A DNA stretch of 64,000 nucleotides from Candidatus Oxydemutatoraceae bacterium (GTDB lineage: Bacteria > Pseudomonadota > Gammaproteobacteria > Poriferisulfidales > Oxydemutatoraceae). Shown here in pieces: positions 20,765-30,570 of the stretch. Position numbers and translations under genes: made by a program. Location of the stretch: contig OZ244717.1 of assembly GCA_965218975.1 (NCBI GenBank), positions 224,001-288,000 on the forward strand. The letters are read 5' to 3'. How positions within the stretch are numbered: the stretch's first letter is position 1; every line of letters begins with the position of its first letter. The notes under the pieces were generated by a model. The model saw only the letters and a list, made by a program, of their open reading frames with translations. It was not told the origin of the DNA and did no database searches.

Positions 20765-20898
20765 GGTGTATCTCCTATCGTTGAAGAAATATTACCATGA
20801 ATACTTACTTGTGTCAACTATATAATCACGAAACCATTTTGTGTTTGCTGCCGGATTGTCGGCGGATTGTGCCGGATTGTCGGCAAAGTGCCTGTCAC

Positions 20899-21000
20899 CC
20901 ATGACGAGACTTGGTTCTGTCAATAAACCCCAGCCTCGACGTCCTTGTCAGGTCGTTCGCCGCTGAAAAGCAATTGCTTTTCCGGGCGCGGCTCACCCTG
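20899..21000 (+). repeat. Single copy of the ~97-nt multi-hairpin repeat
   Basis: CCATGACGAGACTTGGTTCTGTCAA...GAAAAGCAATTGCTTTTC...CTCACCCTG. Confidence 0.92.
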
Positions 21001-21235
21001 CAAGAATCCCATTTAAGGTGGCATCGTACAAAGTGTAGAGTTTCTCAATCAGTCATTGTACAATGCAAGGTTTATATTCGTGGTCGTACCACGAATAGAA
21101 CATAAAGCACAAGTCCCTATGTTATTATTTCGTTCGTAATGAAGATTGCTGTTTTAGCATATAAATTATTGCTTATACATAACTTCGGCATTACATGATG
21201 CCTCTTTATAAGTACACTGATGCCCGTTTTTTAGG

Positions 21236-24172
21236 ATGACGCCTCCATTAAAGTCCTCCCGTGCTTTTAGCGAGTCTGCAAACGAGGGTAAATCGCTGCC
21301 CGAGTTTGAGAATCACGCACGGCAGGTAACTAAATACACGACCTGTTATATGTGTGCGTGTCGTTGCGGAATTAAAGTAACGATTGAAAATAATAAGGTG
21401 CGCTTTATACAAGGCAATCGCAGACACCCCGTTAATCAAGGCGTTTTATGTGCTAAAGGCAATGCCGGGATTATGAAGCAGGAGTCACCGGCGAAACTGC
21501 GCACACCGCTGCGCCGCAAGCCCGGCAGTGAACGCGGCACAAGCGAGTTTGAACCGATTTCTTGGGATGAGGCATTAGATTTACTCACTAAACGTTTACA
21601 GAAAATCCGCGAAACCGATCCTAAAAAACTGGCATTTTTTACCGGACGCGATCAAATGCAAGCCTATACCGGACTGTGGGCACAGCAATTCGGTACGATT
21701 AACTGGGCGACACACGGCGGTTTTTGTTCGGTCAACATGGCCGCCGCAGGTCTATATACCATGGGGTATTCGTTTTGGGAGTTTGGTGACCCAGACTGGG
21801 ATAGAACCAAATACTTTATGTTGTGGGGGGTGTCCGAAGATCATTCGTCCAACCCAATAAAAATTGGGTTGGAAAAACTCAAACGCTCGGGTGCAAAGTT
21901 TGTCGCAATTAATCCGGTACGTACCGGATATCAAGCGATTGCCGACGAATGGATTCCGATTAAACCCGGTAGCGATGCAATGCTTGCGTTATCTATGGTG
22001 CATGTCCTGCTAAAACATGAGTTGTTTGACTGGGAATTTTTGATTCGCTATACCAACGCGCCGAATCTGGTCTATTGTACTCCCGGAGAGAAAACCGACG
22101 GATTGTTTTATCGCAATGACAACGGTGAGGTGTTGGTTCATGACCAAGGCTCGGGGGAATTTCGTAGCGCGATGCAAAGCGGTATTCAGCCCGCTTTGCT
22201 TGGGGAATTTCAGACAGTTGAAGGAGATACTGTCAAGACCGCATTTACATTGCTTGCCGAGCGATATTTAGACCAACAGTATGCACCGGAAAATGCGGCG
22301 CGCGTGTGCGGGGTTGCGGCGGAAGACATTACGCGCTTGGCTTTGGAGATGGCGCATGTCGCATTCAAGGAGACAATTGAGATTAATTGTCAGTGGACGG
22401 ACTGGACCGGTCGCCGCCACGACAAGTTTATCGGACGACCGGTATCAATGCATGCGATGCGTGGTATTTCAGCGCATTCCAACGGATTTCAGACATGCCG
22501 AGCGTTGCATTTTTTACAGATTTTACTAGGTACGATTGATTGCCCTGGCGGATACCGTGCCAAAGCACCCTATCCGAAGCACATTCCGCCGCCCATTAAG
22601 CCTGCCGTCAATACCGTCGCGCAGACACCGCTAAACTCGCCGCCATTGGGTTTCCCTACCTGCCCCGAGGATTTGGTTGTGGATGATGACGGTCGTCCCC
22701 GGCGAATTGACAAAGCCTATTCTTGGGAGGCGCCGCTGGCGATTCATGGGTTATTGCATATGGTAATTACCAACGCGGTCAATGGTGACCCATATCCGAT
22801 TGACACCTTGATTTTGTTTATGGCAAACATGGCGTGGAACTCTTCCATGAACACAATGCAAGTGCGTGAAATGCTATCCGCCAAAGACGAACATGGCAAC
22901 TATAAATTGCCATTTCTAGTAGTGGTTGATGCATTTTATTCCGAGACGGTTGCGTATGCCGATTTAGTGTTACCGGATACCACGTACCTCGAACGCTTTG
23001 ACACTATCTCTATTTTAGACCGTCCGATTGCCGAGCCTGATGCGGTCTGCGACGCAATCCGTGCTCCGGTGTTGGATGTCGACCGCGATGTTTGCGCATG
23101 GCAGGAAGTAATGACTGAGTTGGCGAGCCGTTTGCAATTTCCCGCTTTCACTAACGAGGATGGTAGTCGCAAATATAAAGATTATAAAGATTTCATTGTT
23201 CGCTTTGAAAAAGCGCCGGGGCTTGGTTTCCTTGCCGGCTGGCGGGGGGAAAACGGCGAATCGCATATCCGCGGTGCGCCCAACCCTAAGCAATGGGAGC
23301 GTTACATTGAAAACGAATGCTTCTTTCACTTTCCTTTGCCGGAAAATCAAAGATTTTATCGTTTCGCCAATAAAGATTACCTTGCCTTTGCCAAGGAAGC
23401 AGGATTCAATACTTGTGATGATCCGATCTTACTGTCGCTGTACTCGGAAGAGTTGCAGAAGTTCAGATTAGCGGCAGCGGGTTTGACCGACGGTCCTCAA
23501 CCGAATAACGATCAAGATCGCAAACGTATTCAAACTTTTTTTGACCCCTTGCCTTTTTATTATCAGCCCCTGGAACAAGTGCGCACAAATTTAGGGGAGT
23601 TTCCTTTTTTTGCACTGACTCAACGTCCGATGATGATGTATCACTCATGGGATTCACAAAATGCTTGGTTGCGGCAGATTCTGGCGCAAAACATGTTGTT
23701 CATGAATCGTGGGCGAGCACAAGCGCTTGGTATTGAAGATCTGTCGTGGGTTTGGATTGAATCGCGACAGGCGCGAGTATGTGCGCAAGTCAAGTTAATG
23801 GAAGGAGTGCAACGCGATACGGTATGGACTTGGAATGCTATTGGCAAACAACGCGGTGCTTGGGGGTTGGAACCGGATGCCAACGAATCAAACAGCGGCT
23901 TTTTGCTAAATCATCTGATCTCAGAATTACTGCCGCAAACTGACGGTGACCGTCCGATTACGAACTCCGACCCAATTACCGGACAAGCGGCATGGTACGA
24001 TTTGCGCGTTAAAATTTACCCTGCCGATAAACCCGGCACAGCGCCGGTATTTAGTAGCATACCTCCGCTAGCAGGACAAGCGGCACAAGAATCAACCTTG
24101 CGTTACCAAACGCATCCTGCGGTTAATTTGCGCCGCTCATTTCGGGACATTTTAAGTCGCGGGTGGAAATAA
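21236..24172 (+). CDS. soeA: Sulfite:quinone oxidoreductase, molybdopterin subunit
   Basis: TTCYMCACRCG Fe-S motif, THGGFCSVNMAAAG, MYHSWDSQNAWLRQI, NSDPITGQAAWYDLRV; no Tat signal (cytoplasmic). Confidence 0.88.
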   Translation: MTPPLKSSRAFSESANEGKSLPEFENHARQVTKYTTCYMCACRCGIKVTIENNKVRFIQGNRRHPVNQGVLCAKGNAGIMKQESPAKLRTPLRRKPGSERGTSEFEPISWDEALDLLTKRLQKIRETDPKKLAFFTGRDQMQAYTGLWAQQFGTINWATHGGFCSVNMAAAGLYTMGYSFWEFGDPDWDRTKYFMLWGVSEDHSSNPIKIGLEKLKRSGAKFVAINPVRTGYQAIADEWIPIKPGSDAMLALSMVHVLLKHELFDWEFLIRYTNAPNLVYCTPGEKTDGLFYRNDNGEVLVHDQGSGEFRSAMQSGIQPALLGEFQTVEGDTVKTAFTLLAERYLDQQYAPENAARVCGVAAEDITRLALEMAHVAFKETIEINCQWTDWTGRRHDKFIGRPVSMHAMRGISAHSNGFQTCRALHFLQILLGTIDCPGGYRAKAPYPKHIPPPIKPAVNTVAQTPLNSPPLGFPTCPEDLVVDDDGRPRRIDKAYSWEAPLAIHGLLHMVITNAVNGDPYPIDTLILFMANMAWNSSMNTMQVREMLSAKDEHGNYKLPFLVVVDAFYSETVAYADLVLPDTTYLERFDTISILDRPIAEPDAVCDAIRAPVLDVDRDVCAWQEVMTELASRLQFPAFTNEDGSRKYKDYKDFIVRFEKAPGLGFLAGWRGENGESHIRGAPNPKQWERYIENECFFHFPLPENQRFYRFANKDYLAFAKEAGFNTCDDPILLSLYSEELQKFRLAAAGLTDGPQPNNDQDRKRIQTFFDPLPFYYQPLEQVRTNLGEFPFFALTQRPMMMYHSWDSQNAWLRQILAQNMLFMNRGRAQALGIEDLSWVWIESRQARVCAQVKLMEGVQRDTVWTWNAIGKQRGAWGLEPDANESNSGFLLNHLISELLPQTDGDRPITNSDPITGQAAWYDLRVKIYPADKPGTAPVFSSIPPLAGQAAQESTLRYQTHPAVNLRRSFRDILSRGWK

Positions 24173-24867
24173 TGCGTTTAGGACTTGCTATTGATTTAGA
24201 CACTTGCGTCGGTTGTAACGCCTGCGCAGTCGCATGCAAACAGTGGAATACTTCGGGAACGACGGGGCCTTTGTCCGATTATCGTCCGTTTGGTAAAGAC
24301 CCTAGTGGCGTATGGTTTAACCGCATCCGCAACTATGAAGTCGACGATTATCCGCACAGCAAGACGGTGCACTTCCCGATGTCGTGTATGCACTGCGAAG
24401 ATGCCGATTGCGTCACCGTGTGCCCGACGGGCGCCTCATATAAACGTCCTGAAGATGGAATCGTGCTGGTCGATCAAGATAAGTGTATAGGGTGTAACTA
24501 TTGCGCATGGGCGTGTCCGTACGGCGCACGTGAACTAGACGAAGTGGACGGGGTGATGAAGAAATGCACGTTGTGTATCGATCGAATTTACGATACGGAA
24601 CTGCCTGAGGAGGATCGCCAACCTGCATGTGTGTTGACTTGTCCGACCCACGCACGTTTCTTTGGCGACTACGATGATCCGGATTCGGAAGTGTCGCGTT
24701 TGGCGCGAATGCGCGGAGGCAAACAACTAATGCCGGAGCTTGGTTACAACCCGACGAACCTATATTTCCCACCGCGCAACCAAGTAAACACTCCGATGCA
24801 TGATGCACAACCCAAAAGTTTGATGGATAAAGTCAAAGATTGGGTTAATCGACCTATTACTCGTTAG
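24172..24867 (+). CDS. soeB: Sulfite:quinone oxidoreductase, Fe-S subunit
   Basis: Four Cys clusters (CVGCNACAVAC, CMHCEDADCVTVCP, CIGCNYCAWACP, CTLC..CVLTCP); ATG overlaps the soeA stop. Confidence 0.88.
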   Translation: MRLGLAIDLDTCVGCNACAVACKQWNTSGTTGPLSDYRPFGKDPSGVWFNRIRNYEVDDYPHSKTVHFPMSCMHCEDADCVTVCPTGASYKRPEDGIVLVDQDKCIGCNYCAWACPYGARELDEVDGVMKKCTLCIDRIYDTELPEEDRQPACVLTCPTHARFFGDYDDPDSEVSRLARMRGGKQLMPELGYNPTNLYFPPRNQVNTPMHDAQPKSLMDKVKDWVNRPITR

Positions 24868-24883
24868 ACCCATTTATAGACTC

Positions 24884-25813
24884 ATGCGTCCGGCGCTTTC
24901 GGTTATTTTCTTCACGGTTATCTCGGGTGCGGGCTATGGCTTATTTATGCTTCTTGCCATTGTCGGGTTGTTTGATCAGTTTCTACCGGCACGTGTGGGT
25001 GTTCCGGCTAGTATTTTAGGATTGATTCTGGTTACACTTGGGTTATTTTCATCAATGTTACACCTCGCAAATCCGAAAAATGCTTGGCGCTCCTTTAGTC
25101 GATTCCGTACCTCATGGCTATCACGTGAAGGTGTATTTGCCATCCTATTTTATTTCCCCGCATTATTGTATTTAACGGGATGGTGGTTTTCCGGTTATCG
25201 TGGAAGTGGTTGGATGATCTTATCGTTGATCGTTTTTCTACTCGCAGCCATAGTCGTTTTCAGCACGGGGATGATTTATGCTTGCTTGAAAACCATCCGG
25301 CAATGGAACACAGCATTGGTTCCGACTAATTATCTAGTGTTGGCGCTCATGTCGGGCGCGTTACTATTATTGTTCTTACAAACTCAACTGATGAATATAC
25401 CGCTTGAGCCGTTGCGTTTGACAGTGTTGGCTATGCTTGCATTGGCATTAACAATGAAATGGATTTATTTTAGTTGGGCCGACCAACATGCGGGCTCGAC
25501 TATCAATACCGCCACCGGTTTTACCCAAGCGCAAGTACGCTTGCTTGATGTCGGACATACCGGCGGCACTTTTCTTACTTCCGAGTTTGACTACCGGACT
25601 ACGTTGACAAGGCCACTGAAATGGGCTTCGATGTTGTTTGCTTTTATCGCGCCTTTTATTTTGATCATAACCATTCCGTCGGTTGAATATCCCAATCTTG
25701 CTTGTTTTGCCGCGGTGGTATCGGCAGGGATCGGATTGTTCATTGAACGATGGCTGTTTTTTAGCCAAGCTCGCCATGTAGTCAATTTGTATCATGGCGC
25801 CAGTAGCGTTTGA
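24884..25813 (+). CDS. soeC: Sulfite:quinone oxidoreductase, membrane anchor (DmsC/NrfD-like)
   Basis: MRPALSVIFFT, HLANPKNAWR..TSWLSREG, ERWLFF. Confidence 0.85.
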   Translation: MRPALSVIFFTVISGAGYGLFMLLAIVGLFDQFLPARVGVPASILGLILVTLGLFSSMLHLANPKNAWRSFSRFRTSWLSREGVFAILFYFPALLYLTGWWFSGYRGSGWMILSLIVFLLAAIVVFSTGMIYACLKTIRQWNTALVPTNYLVLALMSGALLLLFLQTQLMNIPLEPLRLTVLAMLALALTMKWIYFSWADQHAGSTINTATGFTQAQVRLLDVGHTGGTFLTSEFDYRTTLTRPLKWASMLFAFIAPFILIITIPSVEYPNLACFAAVVSAGIGLFIERWLFFSQARHVVNLYHGASSV

Positions 25814-25821
25814 TTTGTGTG

Positions 25822-26058
25822 ATGCCTTATTTCATCTATCAAATTGATCGCACTCAAGATACTCCGGCCTTAACTTATTTGAAAACATTCGATAAATTTC
25901 GCGATGCTAAAGCATATGCGCGACTACACCGCGCCGAGATGACACCGGAGGCGGCAGACCAACAGATAAAGATAATTTTTACTACCGATGCCCATGAAGC
26001 CGAAACCCTTTTAACCGAACACCGTGAGGCGCCCATTTTGAAAGAGTGGGAGAAATAA
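25822..26058 (+). CDS. Small hypothetical protein
   Basis: MPYFIYQI...FRDAKAYAR...EHREAPILKEWEK directly after soeC. Confidence 0.6.
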   Translation: MPYFIYQIDRTQDTPALTYLKTFDKFRDAKAYARLHRAEMTPEAADQQIKIIFTTDAHEAETLLTEHREAPILKEWEK

Positions 26059-26254
26059 TTGCTCTTAATCGTATCCGGTTTTGTTGCTGTACATCTATAA
26101 GCTTTAAGTTTCGCTGTTGCGTTTTTGCTTCGACGGCTAAATAAAAAAGATGAATACTTTTGTATATCTTCTTAATGCGGCTTCCAATCCATGTGTCCGC
26201 TCAAGGCGTGGTTTCGTCTGTGGAATGCGATTCTTACCCCTTGAGCGTTTCAAC

Positions 26255-26464
26255 CGTACTCTGCAAAAAGACTTTGCGGACCACAATGAGGAACTATTGT
26301 TTACGAATTCGGATAAATTCAACGAGCGTTTATGGTCATATTCGGAGTGGTACAATATGCGCCGACTGCATGCCGACAACGGACAGAAAGCACCGATCCG
26401 AATGTTACTGCCGGGCGCTTCCCTCAAAGCTCTTTAAAAATCCCATTTAGGGTGGCATCGTACA
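26255..26464 (+). mobile_element. IS481-family 3' relic without the structured repeat
   Basis: LERFNRTLQKDF..FNERLWSYSEWYNMRRLH, then right end CCCATTTAGGGTGGCATCGTACA. Confidence 0.75.
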
Positions 26465-26549
26465 GCTGATGGATTATAATGGATACCGACAAATTGTACT
26501 ACTTAGGGCAAAGTTCGTTCGCCAAGGCGCTCCCGGATAACAGTGAGAT

Positions 26550-27644
26550 GTGAATTTATTGATGATTGAAACCATAGAAAAATCTTTAGGACAAATTCAG
26601 GACCCCAATACGCGCAAAGATCTGCGTGCCTCTAAATCCCTCAATAAAGTGCATATTGAAGGTAATAAGGTGATTGTTGATATCGTTCTTGGTTATCCGG
26701 CGAAATCGTTTATTCCCGTATTAGAAAAACTGATCCGCAACGAGCTGAAGGGAATGACCGATGGCATGGAACCGGAGCTACATGTCCGTAGTGAAATTCA
26801 ATCGCATACAGTGCAGAAAAACTTAAAGCCGTTGCATAATATTAAAAATATTATTGCGGTTGCTTCAGGCAAAGGGGGGGTCGGAAAATCAACCACCGCG
26901 GTTAACCTCGCGTTAGCTTTATCGGTGGAAGGAGCTAATGTCGGAATGTTGGATGCCGATATTTACGGCCCGAGTCAGCCGAGTATGCTTGGTATAAAAG
27001 GGCAAAAGCCCGAATCAAAAGATGGTAAAACTTTAGAACCGATCAAAAGTTACGGATTGCAGTCGATGTCTATCGGATTTTTAGTGGAGGAGGACACACC
27101 TATGATTTGGCGGGGGCCGATGGTGACACAAGCTCTGGAGCAGTTGCTTGTAGACACTAACTGGCGCGATTTGGATTATTTAGTTGTCGATTTGCCGCCG
27201 GGTACAGGCGATGTACAACTTACTCTGGCACAAAAAATTCCGGTCAGCGGTGCAGTTATTGTAACAACACCGCAGGATATTGCGCTGTTGGATGCCCGCA
27301 AAGGTATCAAGATGTTTGAGCGTGTCGATGTGCCGATACTGGGCGTTGTGGAAAATATGAGCATTCATATTTGTAGCCAATGTGGCTACGAAGAGCACAT
27401 TTTCGGTTCGGGCGGCGGCGAATTAATGGCGCGCGATCACAACATCCGTTTGCTGGGATGTTTACCTTTGGATCGTTCTATCCGCGAGCAAGCAGACGGC
27501 GGTAATCCGACGGTGATCGCGGATTCGGATAGTCGTTGCGCTAGAATTTATTGCGAAATTGCTTGGCAGACAGCCGCGCAATTGGCGGTGCAGGGTAAAG
27601 ACTATTCGGCGAAGTTTCCTAAAATTGTTATTCAAAATACTTAG
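26550..27644 (+). CDS. apbC: Fe-S cluster carrier ATPase ApbC/Mrp
   Basis: SGKGGVGKST, DADIYGPS, WRGPM, DLPPGTGD, ENMS..CSQC. Confidence 0.93.
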   Translation: MNLLMIETIEKSLGQIQDPNTRKDLRASKSLNKVHIEGNKVIVDIVLGYPAKSFIPVLEKLIRNELKGMTDGMEPELHVRSEIQSHTVQKNLKPLHNIKNIIAVASGKGGVGKSTTAVNLALALSVEGANVGMLDADIYGPSQPSMLGIKGQKPESKDGKTLEPIKSYGLQSMSIGFLVEEDTPMIWRGPMVTQALEQLLVDTNWRDLDYLVVDLPPGTGDVQLTLAQKIPVSGAVIVTTPQDIALLDARKGIKMFERVDVPILGVVENMSIHICSQCGYEEHIFGSGGGELMARDHNIRLLGCLPLDRSIREQADGGNPTVIADSDSRCARIYCEIAWQTAAQLAVQGKDYSAKFPKIVIQNT

Positions 27645-27661
27645 ATTCTCATTAAGTTCGA

Positions 27662-28228
27662 ATGTCTGTTAAGCCCGATTCGTGGATCCGTGCTATGGCT
27701 CATGAGTATCGGATGATTGAGCCGTTTGAACCCCAACAGATCAGTCGTGTCGGCGACCGTCGAGTTATTTCGTACGGCATTTCAAGCTATGGCTATGACG
27801 TTCGTTGCAGCGACCGATTCAAAATATTTACGAATATCAACTCAGCGATCGTCGATCCGAAACATTTTGATGAAAATAGTTTTGTCGATCAACAATCGGA
27901 AGTTTGTATTATTCCGCCGAATTCATTCGCGCTTGCCGGAACGGTTGAATATTTTCGCATCCCACGGTCGGTACTAACGATTTGCTTAGGTAAATCAACC
28001 TACGCTCGTTGCGGCATTATTGTAAATGTCACACCGCTTGAACCGGAATGGGAAGGGCATATTACGCTTGAATTCTCTAATACGACACCTTTGCCGGCAA
28101 AGATTTATGCCAACGAGGGCGTTGCCCAAATTGTTTTTTTTGAGTCCGATGAAGTTTGTCAAACTTCTTACAAAGATCGCGATGGGAAGTATCAGAAACA
28201 AGCGGGTGTAACCTTGCCGAAGGCGTAA
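27662..28228 (+). CDS. dcd: dCTP deaminase
   Basis: [33 protein letters not shown]. Confidence 0.95.
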   Translation: MSVKPDSWIRAMAHEYRMIEPFEPQQISRVGDRRVISYGISSYGYDVRCSDRFKIFTNINSAIVDPKHFDENSFVDQQSEVCIIPPNSFALAGTVEYFRIPRSVLTICLGKSTYARCGIIVNVTPLEPEWEGHITLEFSNTTPLPAKIYANEGVAQIVFFESDEVCQTSYKDRDGKYQKQAGVTLPKA

Positions 28229-28374
28229 ATCCCAGCCGGCGCGATATTCCTTACAGCGGTTCGCTACCGCCTCAGATTGATTCCTAGCGCGAAATAAGTT
28301 TACCGACACTGTACAGTTTTCGGTTTGTTTGGTTTACGGACGACTCATCTGCGGACCCTTTGTCATCAAGCAGT

Positions 28375-28634
28375 AGCTGACCCATCCCAAGGAGCCGAAA
28401 ATGAACGCGCATATCAAACGTTTGACCGAACCGTGCAGGAAGATTGTATCGATCAAGACCTATTATTCACCAATATCAAAGCATTCAATGACCGGTGATG
28501 TGAGTATTAGAGTTGACCGTAATCTGCACCCGTCCGCATGACGGCAACGGACAGAAAGCGCCGATGATCCGAATGTCGTGCCGGACACTTCCTCCGAAGC
28601 GCTGCAAAAATCCCATTTAGAGTGGCATCGTATA
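28375..28634 (+). mobile_element. IS481-family 3' relic without the structured repeat
   Basis: Frameshifted KMNAHIKR..VQEDCID..FNDR fragment; right end CCCATTTAGAGTGGCATCGTATA. Confidence 0.75.
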
Positions 28635-28704
28635 GTATTCATGTTCCGTTTGTTAAAATTCGGTATAATTATGGGAAGTAGTAGTTGCTATAAGGAGGTC
28701 TATT

Positions 28705-29313
28705 ATGAAGAACCCTCTCAATTCCATTACAGGAACGATTGTCAGCGGTTTTATTCTTGCAGTTATAGTTAGTATAGTCCTTGCCGACGTAACCGTGACA
28801 CCGATCAATGCGCTCATTATATGGCTGCATGTGTTATTTGGTATTGTCTGGATTGGGTTATTGTATTACTTTAACTTTGTACAAATGCCGGCGGTCGCTA
28901 AAGCGTTGGAAGACGGGGACCCCGGCCCCGGTGCAATTAATCAATATGTTGCGCCTAAAGCATTGGCATGGTTTCGTTATACCGCTTTGCTAACTTGGTT
29001 AAGCGGCGCTGCCGCTATTGAAATTCTTTATGGTCCGGGTAGTTTTTTAAGCGTATTTGCCCTGCAAAAACAGGTTGTATTGGGCGTCGGAGCTTGGCTT
29101 GGAACAATCATGCTATTGAACGTCTGGGGCTTGATCTGGCCAAACCAGAAAAAAATACTCGGGCTTGATGGAGTTAACGCGACCGATGAACAAAAAGCAT
29201 CGGCAAAGAAAATTGCCATGCTGGCATCACGCACCAACACTTTGCTGTCTATTCCGATGATCCTATGTATGATCGGAGGCGGAATGGGACACGGCTTGCC
29301 TTTAGCGTTTTAA
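28705..29313 (+). CDS. Membrane protein, urate-oxidase N-terminal (PuuD-like) family
   Basis: WLHVLFGIVWIGLLYYFNFVQ, LNVWGLIWPNQKK, ASRTNTLLSIPM; RBS AGGAGG. Confidence 0.75.
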   Translation: MKNPLNSITGTIVSGFILAVIVSIVLADVTVTPINALIIWLHVLFGIVWIGLLYYFNFVQMPAVAKALEDGDPGPGAINQYVAPKALAWFRYTALLTWLSGAAAIEILYGPGSFLSVFALQKQVVLGVGAWLGTIMLLNVWGLIWPNQKKILGLDGVNATDEQKASAKKIAMLASRTNTLLSIPMILCMIGGGMGHGLPLAF

Positions 29314-29350
29314 TACGCTCTTCATTTATCTACCGCGCGAAACAAGCTGA

Positions 29351-29381
29351 CCGGCGGCTATGATAGCCGCCGGCTTTTTTT
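29351..29381 (+). terminator. Rho-independent terminator
   Basis: CCGGCGGCTAT-G-ATAGCCGCCGG inverted repeat followed by a T run. Confidence 0.8.
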
Positions 29382-29404
29382 ATTTATACAGCACACTGTT
29401 GACC

Positions 29405-30565
29405 ATGAGCTACCTATTCCCAAATTATGATCGCCTTCCGGTCACTTTTGCCAAAGGACAAGGTGTCTGGTTAGAAGACACTAACGGCAAACGTTATCTT
29501 GACGCATTGTCGGGTATCGCTGTATGCGGACTGGGACATGCTCATCCCACGATTGTTCAAGCGATTAACAACCAAAGTCGAAATCTATTGCATACTTCAA
29601 ATATCTACTATATTGACCGGCAAGAAGCGCTTGCCGAACGATTAACCGCTGTGGCAAACATGGATGCCGCTTTTTTCTGCAACTCCGGCACTGAAGCCAA
29701 TGAAGCGGCAATCAAGTTGGCACGACTATATGCGCACCATCAAGGAAATAAGCGCCCGGCAATTCTGGTCATGCAGGGAGGATTTCACGGACGTACGTTA
29801 GGTTCACTGGCAGCTTCGGATATGCAAACCGATCAATTCGGGCCATTGCCGGACGGCTTTGTTCGCATTCCGTTTAACGACATTACTGCTGCGGAAAATG
29901 CGATAGAAAGCGACAAGAACATTTGCGCCGTGTTGGTCGAACCGATACAAGGCGAAGGCGGTGTCCGTATTCCCGCACCGGACTACTTGCCCGCATTGCG
30001 GCAATTATGTGATCAACACCAATTATTATTGATGCTTGACGAAGTGCAAACCGGCGTGGGAAGAACCGGGCATTGGTACTGCTATCAACAGTACGCATGG
30101 CGCCCCGATATCCTGACTACTGCAAAAGCGCTTGGTAACGGAATACCTATAGGTGCGTGCTTGGCAAATGAGAATGTTGCCTCAATCTTTACACCCGGCA
30201 CCCATGGTTCCACTTTCGGCGGTAACCCACTGGCATGCGCTGTCGGCTATTCCGTTTTAGAAACGATCGCAAACCGGAATCTATGTGTTCACGCCGGCAA
30301 CATCGGTAATTATTTGTTAACGGAACTACAATCAAAACTCAGCGCAATGGATGGCATCGTTGAAATACGCGGTGCCGGATTAATGATCGGTATCGAACTC
30401 AAACAAGCTTATCCGACTTTATCTTCGGCCGCACTGGAATCTGGCTTGCTAATCAATGTCATATCCGGTACGGTAGTCCGTCTATTGCCTCCGCTCATCA
30501 TTGAACATGAACACGCTGATATGATCGTTGAAAGGCTGGCGGAAAGCATACAAAAAGTCATTTAA
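29405..30565 (+). CDS. argD: Acetylornithine aminotransferase
   Basis: CNSGTEANE, FHGRT, DEVQTG, TAKALGNG, HGSTFGGNP; adjacent to argF. Confidence 0.9.
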   Translation: MSYLFPNYDRLPVTFAKGQGVWLEDTNGKRYLDALSGIAVCGLGHAHPTIVQAINNQSRNLLHTSNIYYIDRQEALAERLTAVANMDAAFFCNSGTEANEAAIKLARLYAHHQGNKRPAILVMQGGFHGRTLGSLAASDMQTDQFGPLPDGFVRIPFNDITAAENAIESDKNICAVLVEPIQGEGGVRIPAPDYLPALRQLCDQHQLLLMLDEVQTGVGRTGHWYCYQQYAWRPDILTTAKALGNGIPIGACLANENVASIFTPGTHGSTFGGNPLACAVGYSVLETIANRNLCVHAGNIGNYLLTELQSKLSAMDGIVEIRGAGLMIGIELKQAYPTLSSAALESGLLINVISGTVVRLLPPLIIEHEHADMIVERLAESIQKVI

Positions 30566-30570
30566 TTATC

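Larger units (their letters stand above)
18455..20830 (-). mobile_element. IS1595-family element with passenger genes (complete: IRs and TSD)
   Basis: IRs CGTGATT(G/A)TATAGTTGACACAAGTA at 18455 and, inverted, ending at 20830; 8-bp TSD AAACCATT at 18447-18454 and 20831-20838. Confidence 0.93.
17330..21030 (+). mobile_element. Rearranged IS481-family relic(s) interrupted by the repeat array and by IS1595
   Basis: Left-end-like GATACATACGGGACTCACGGCTTAA near 17338; transposase pieces at 18190-18446; right end CCCATTTAAGGTGGCATCGTACA at 21030. Confidence 0.7.

Noticed and set aside
19997-20800. 267-aa plus-strand ORF
   Set aside because: Antisense shadow of the IS1595 transposase with no recognisable motif.
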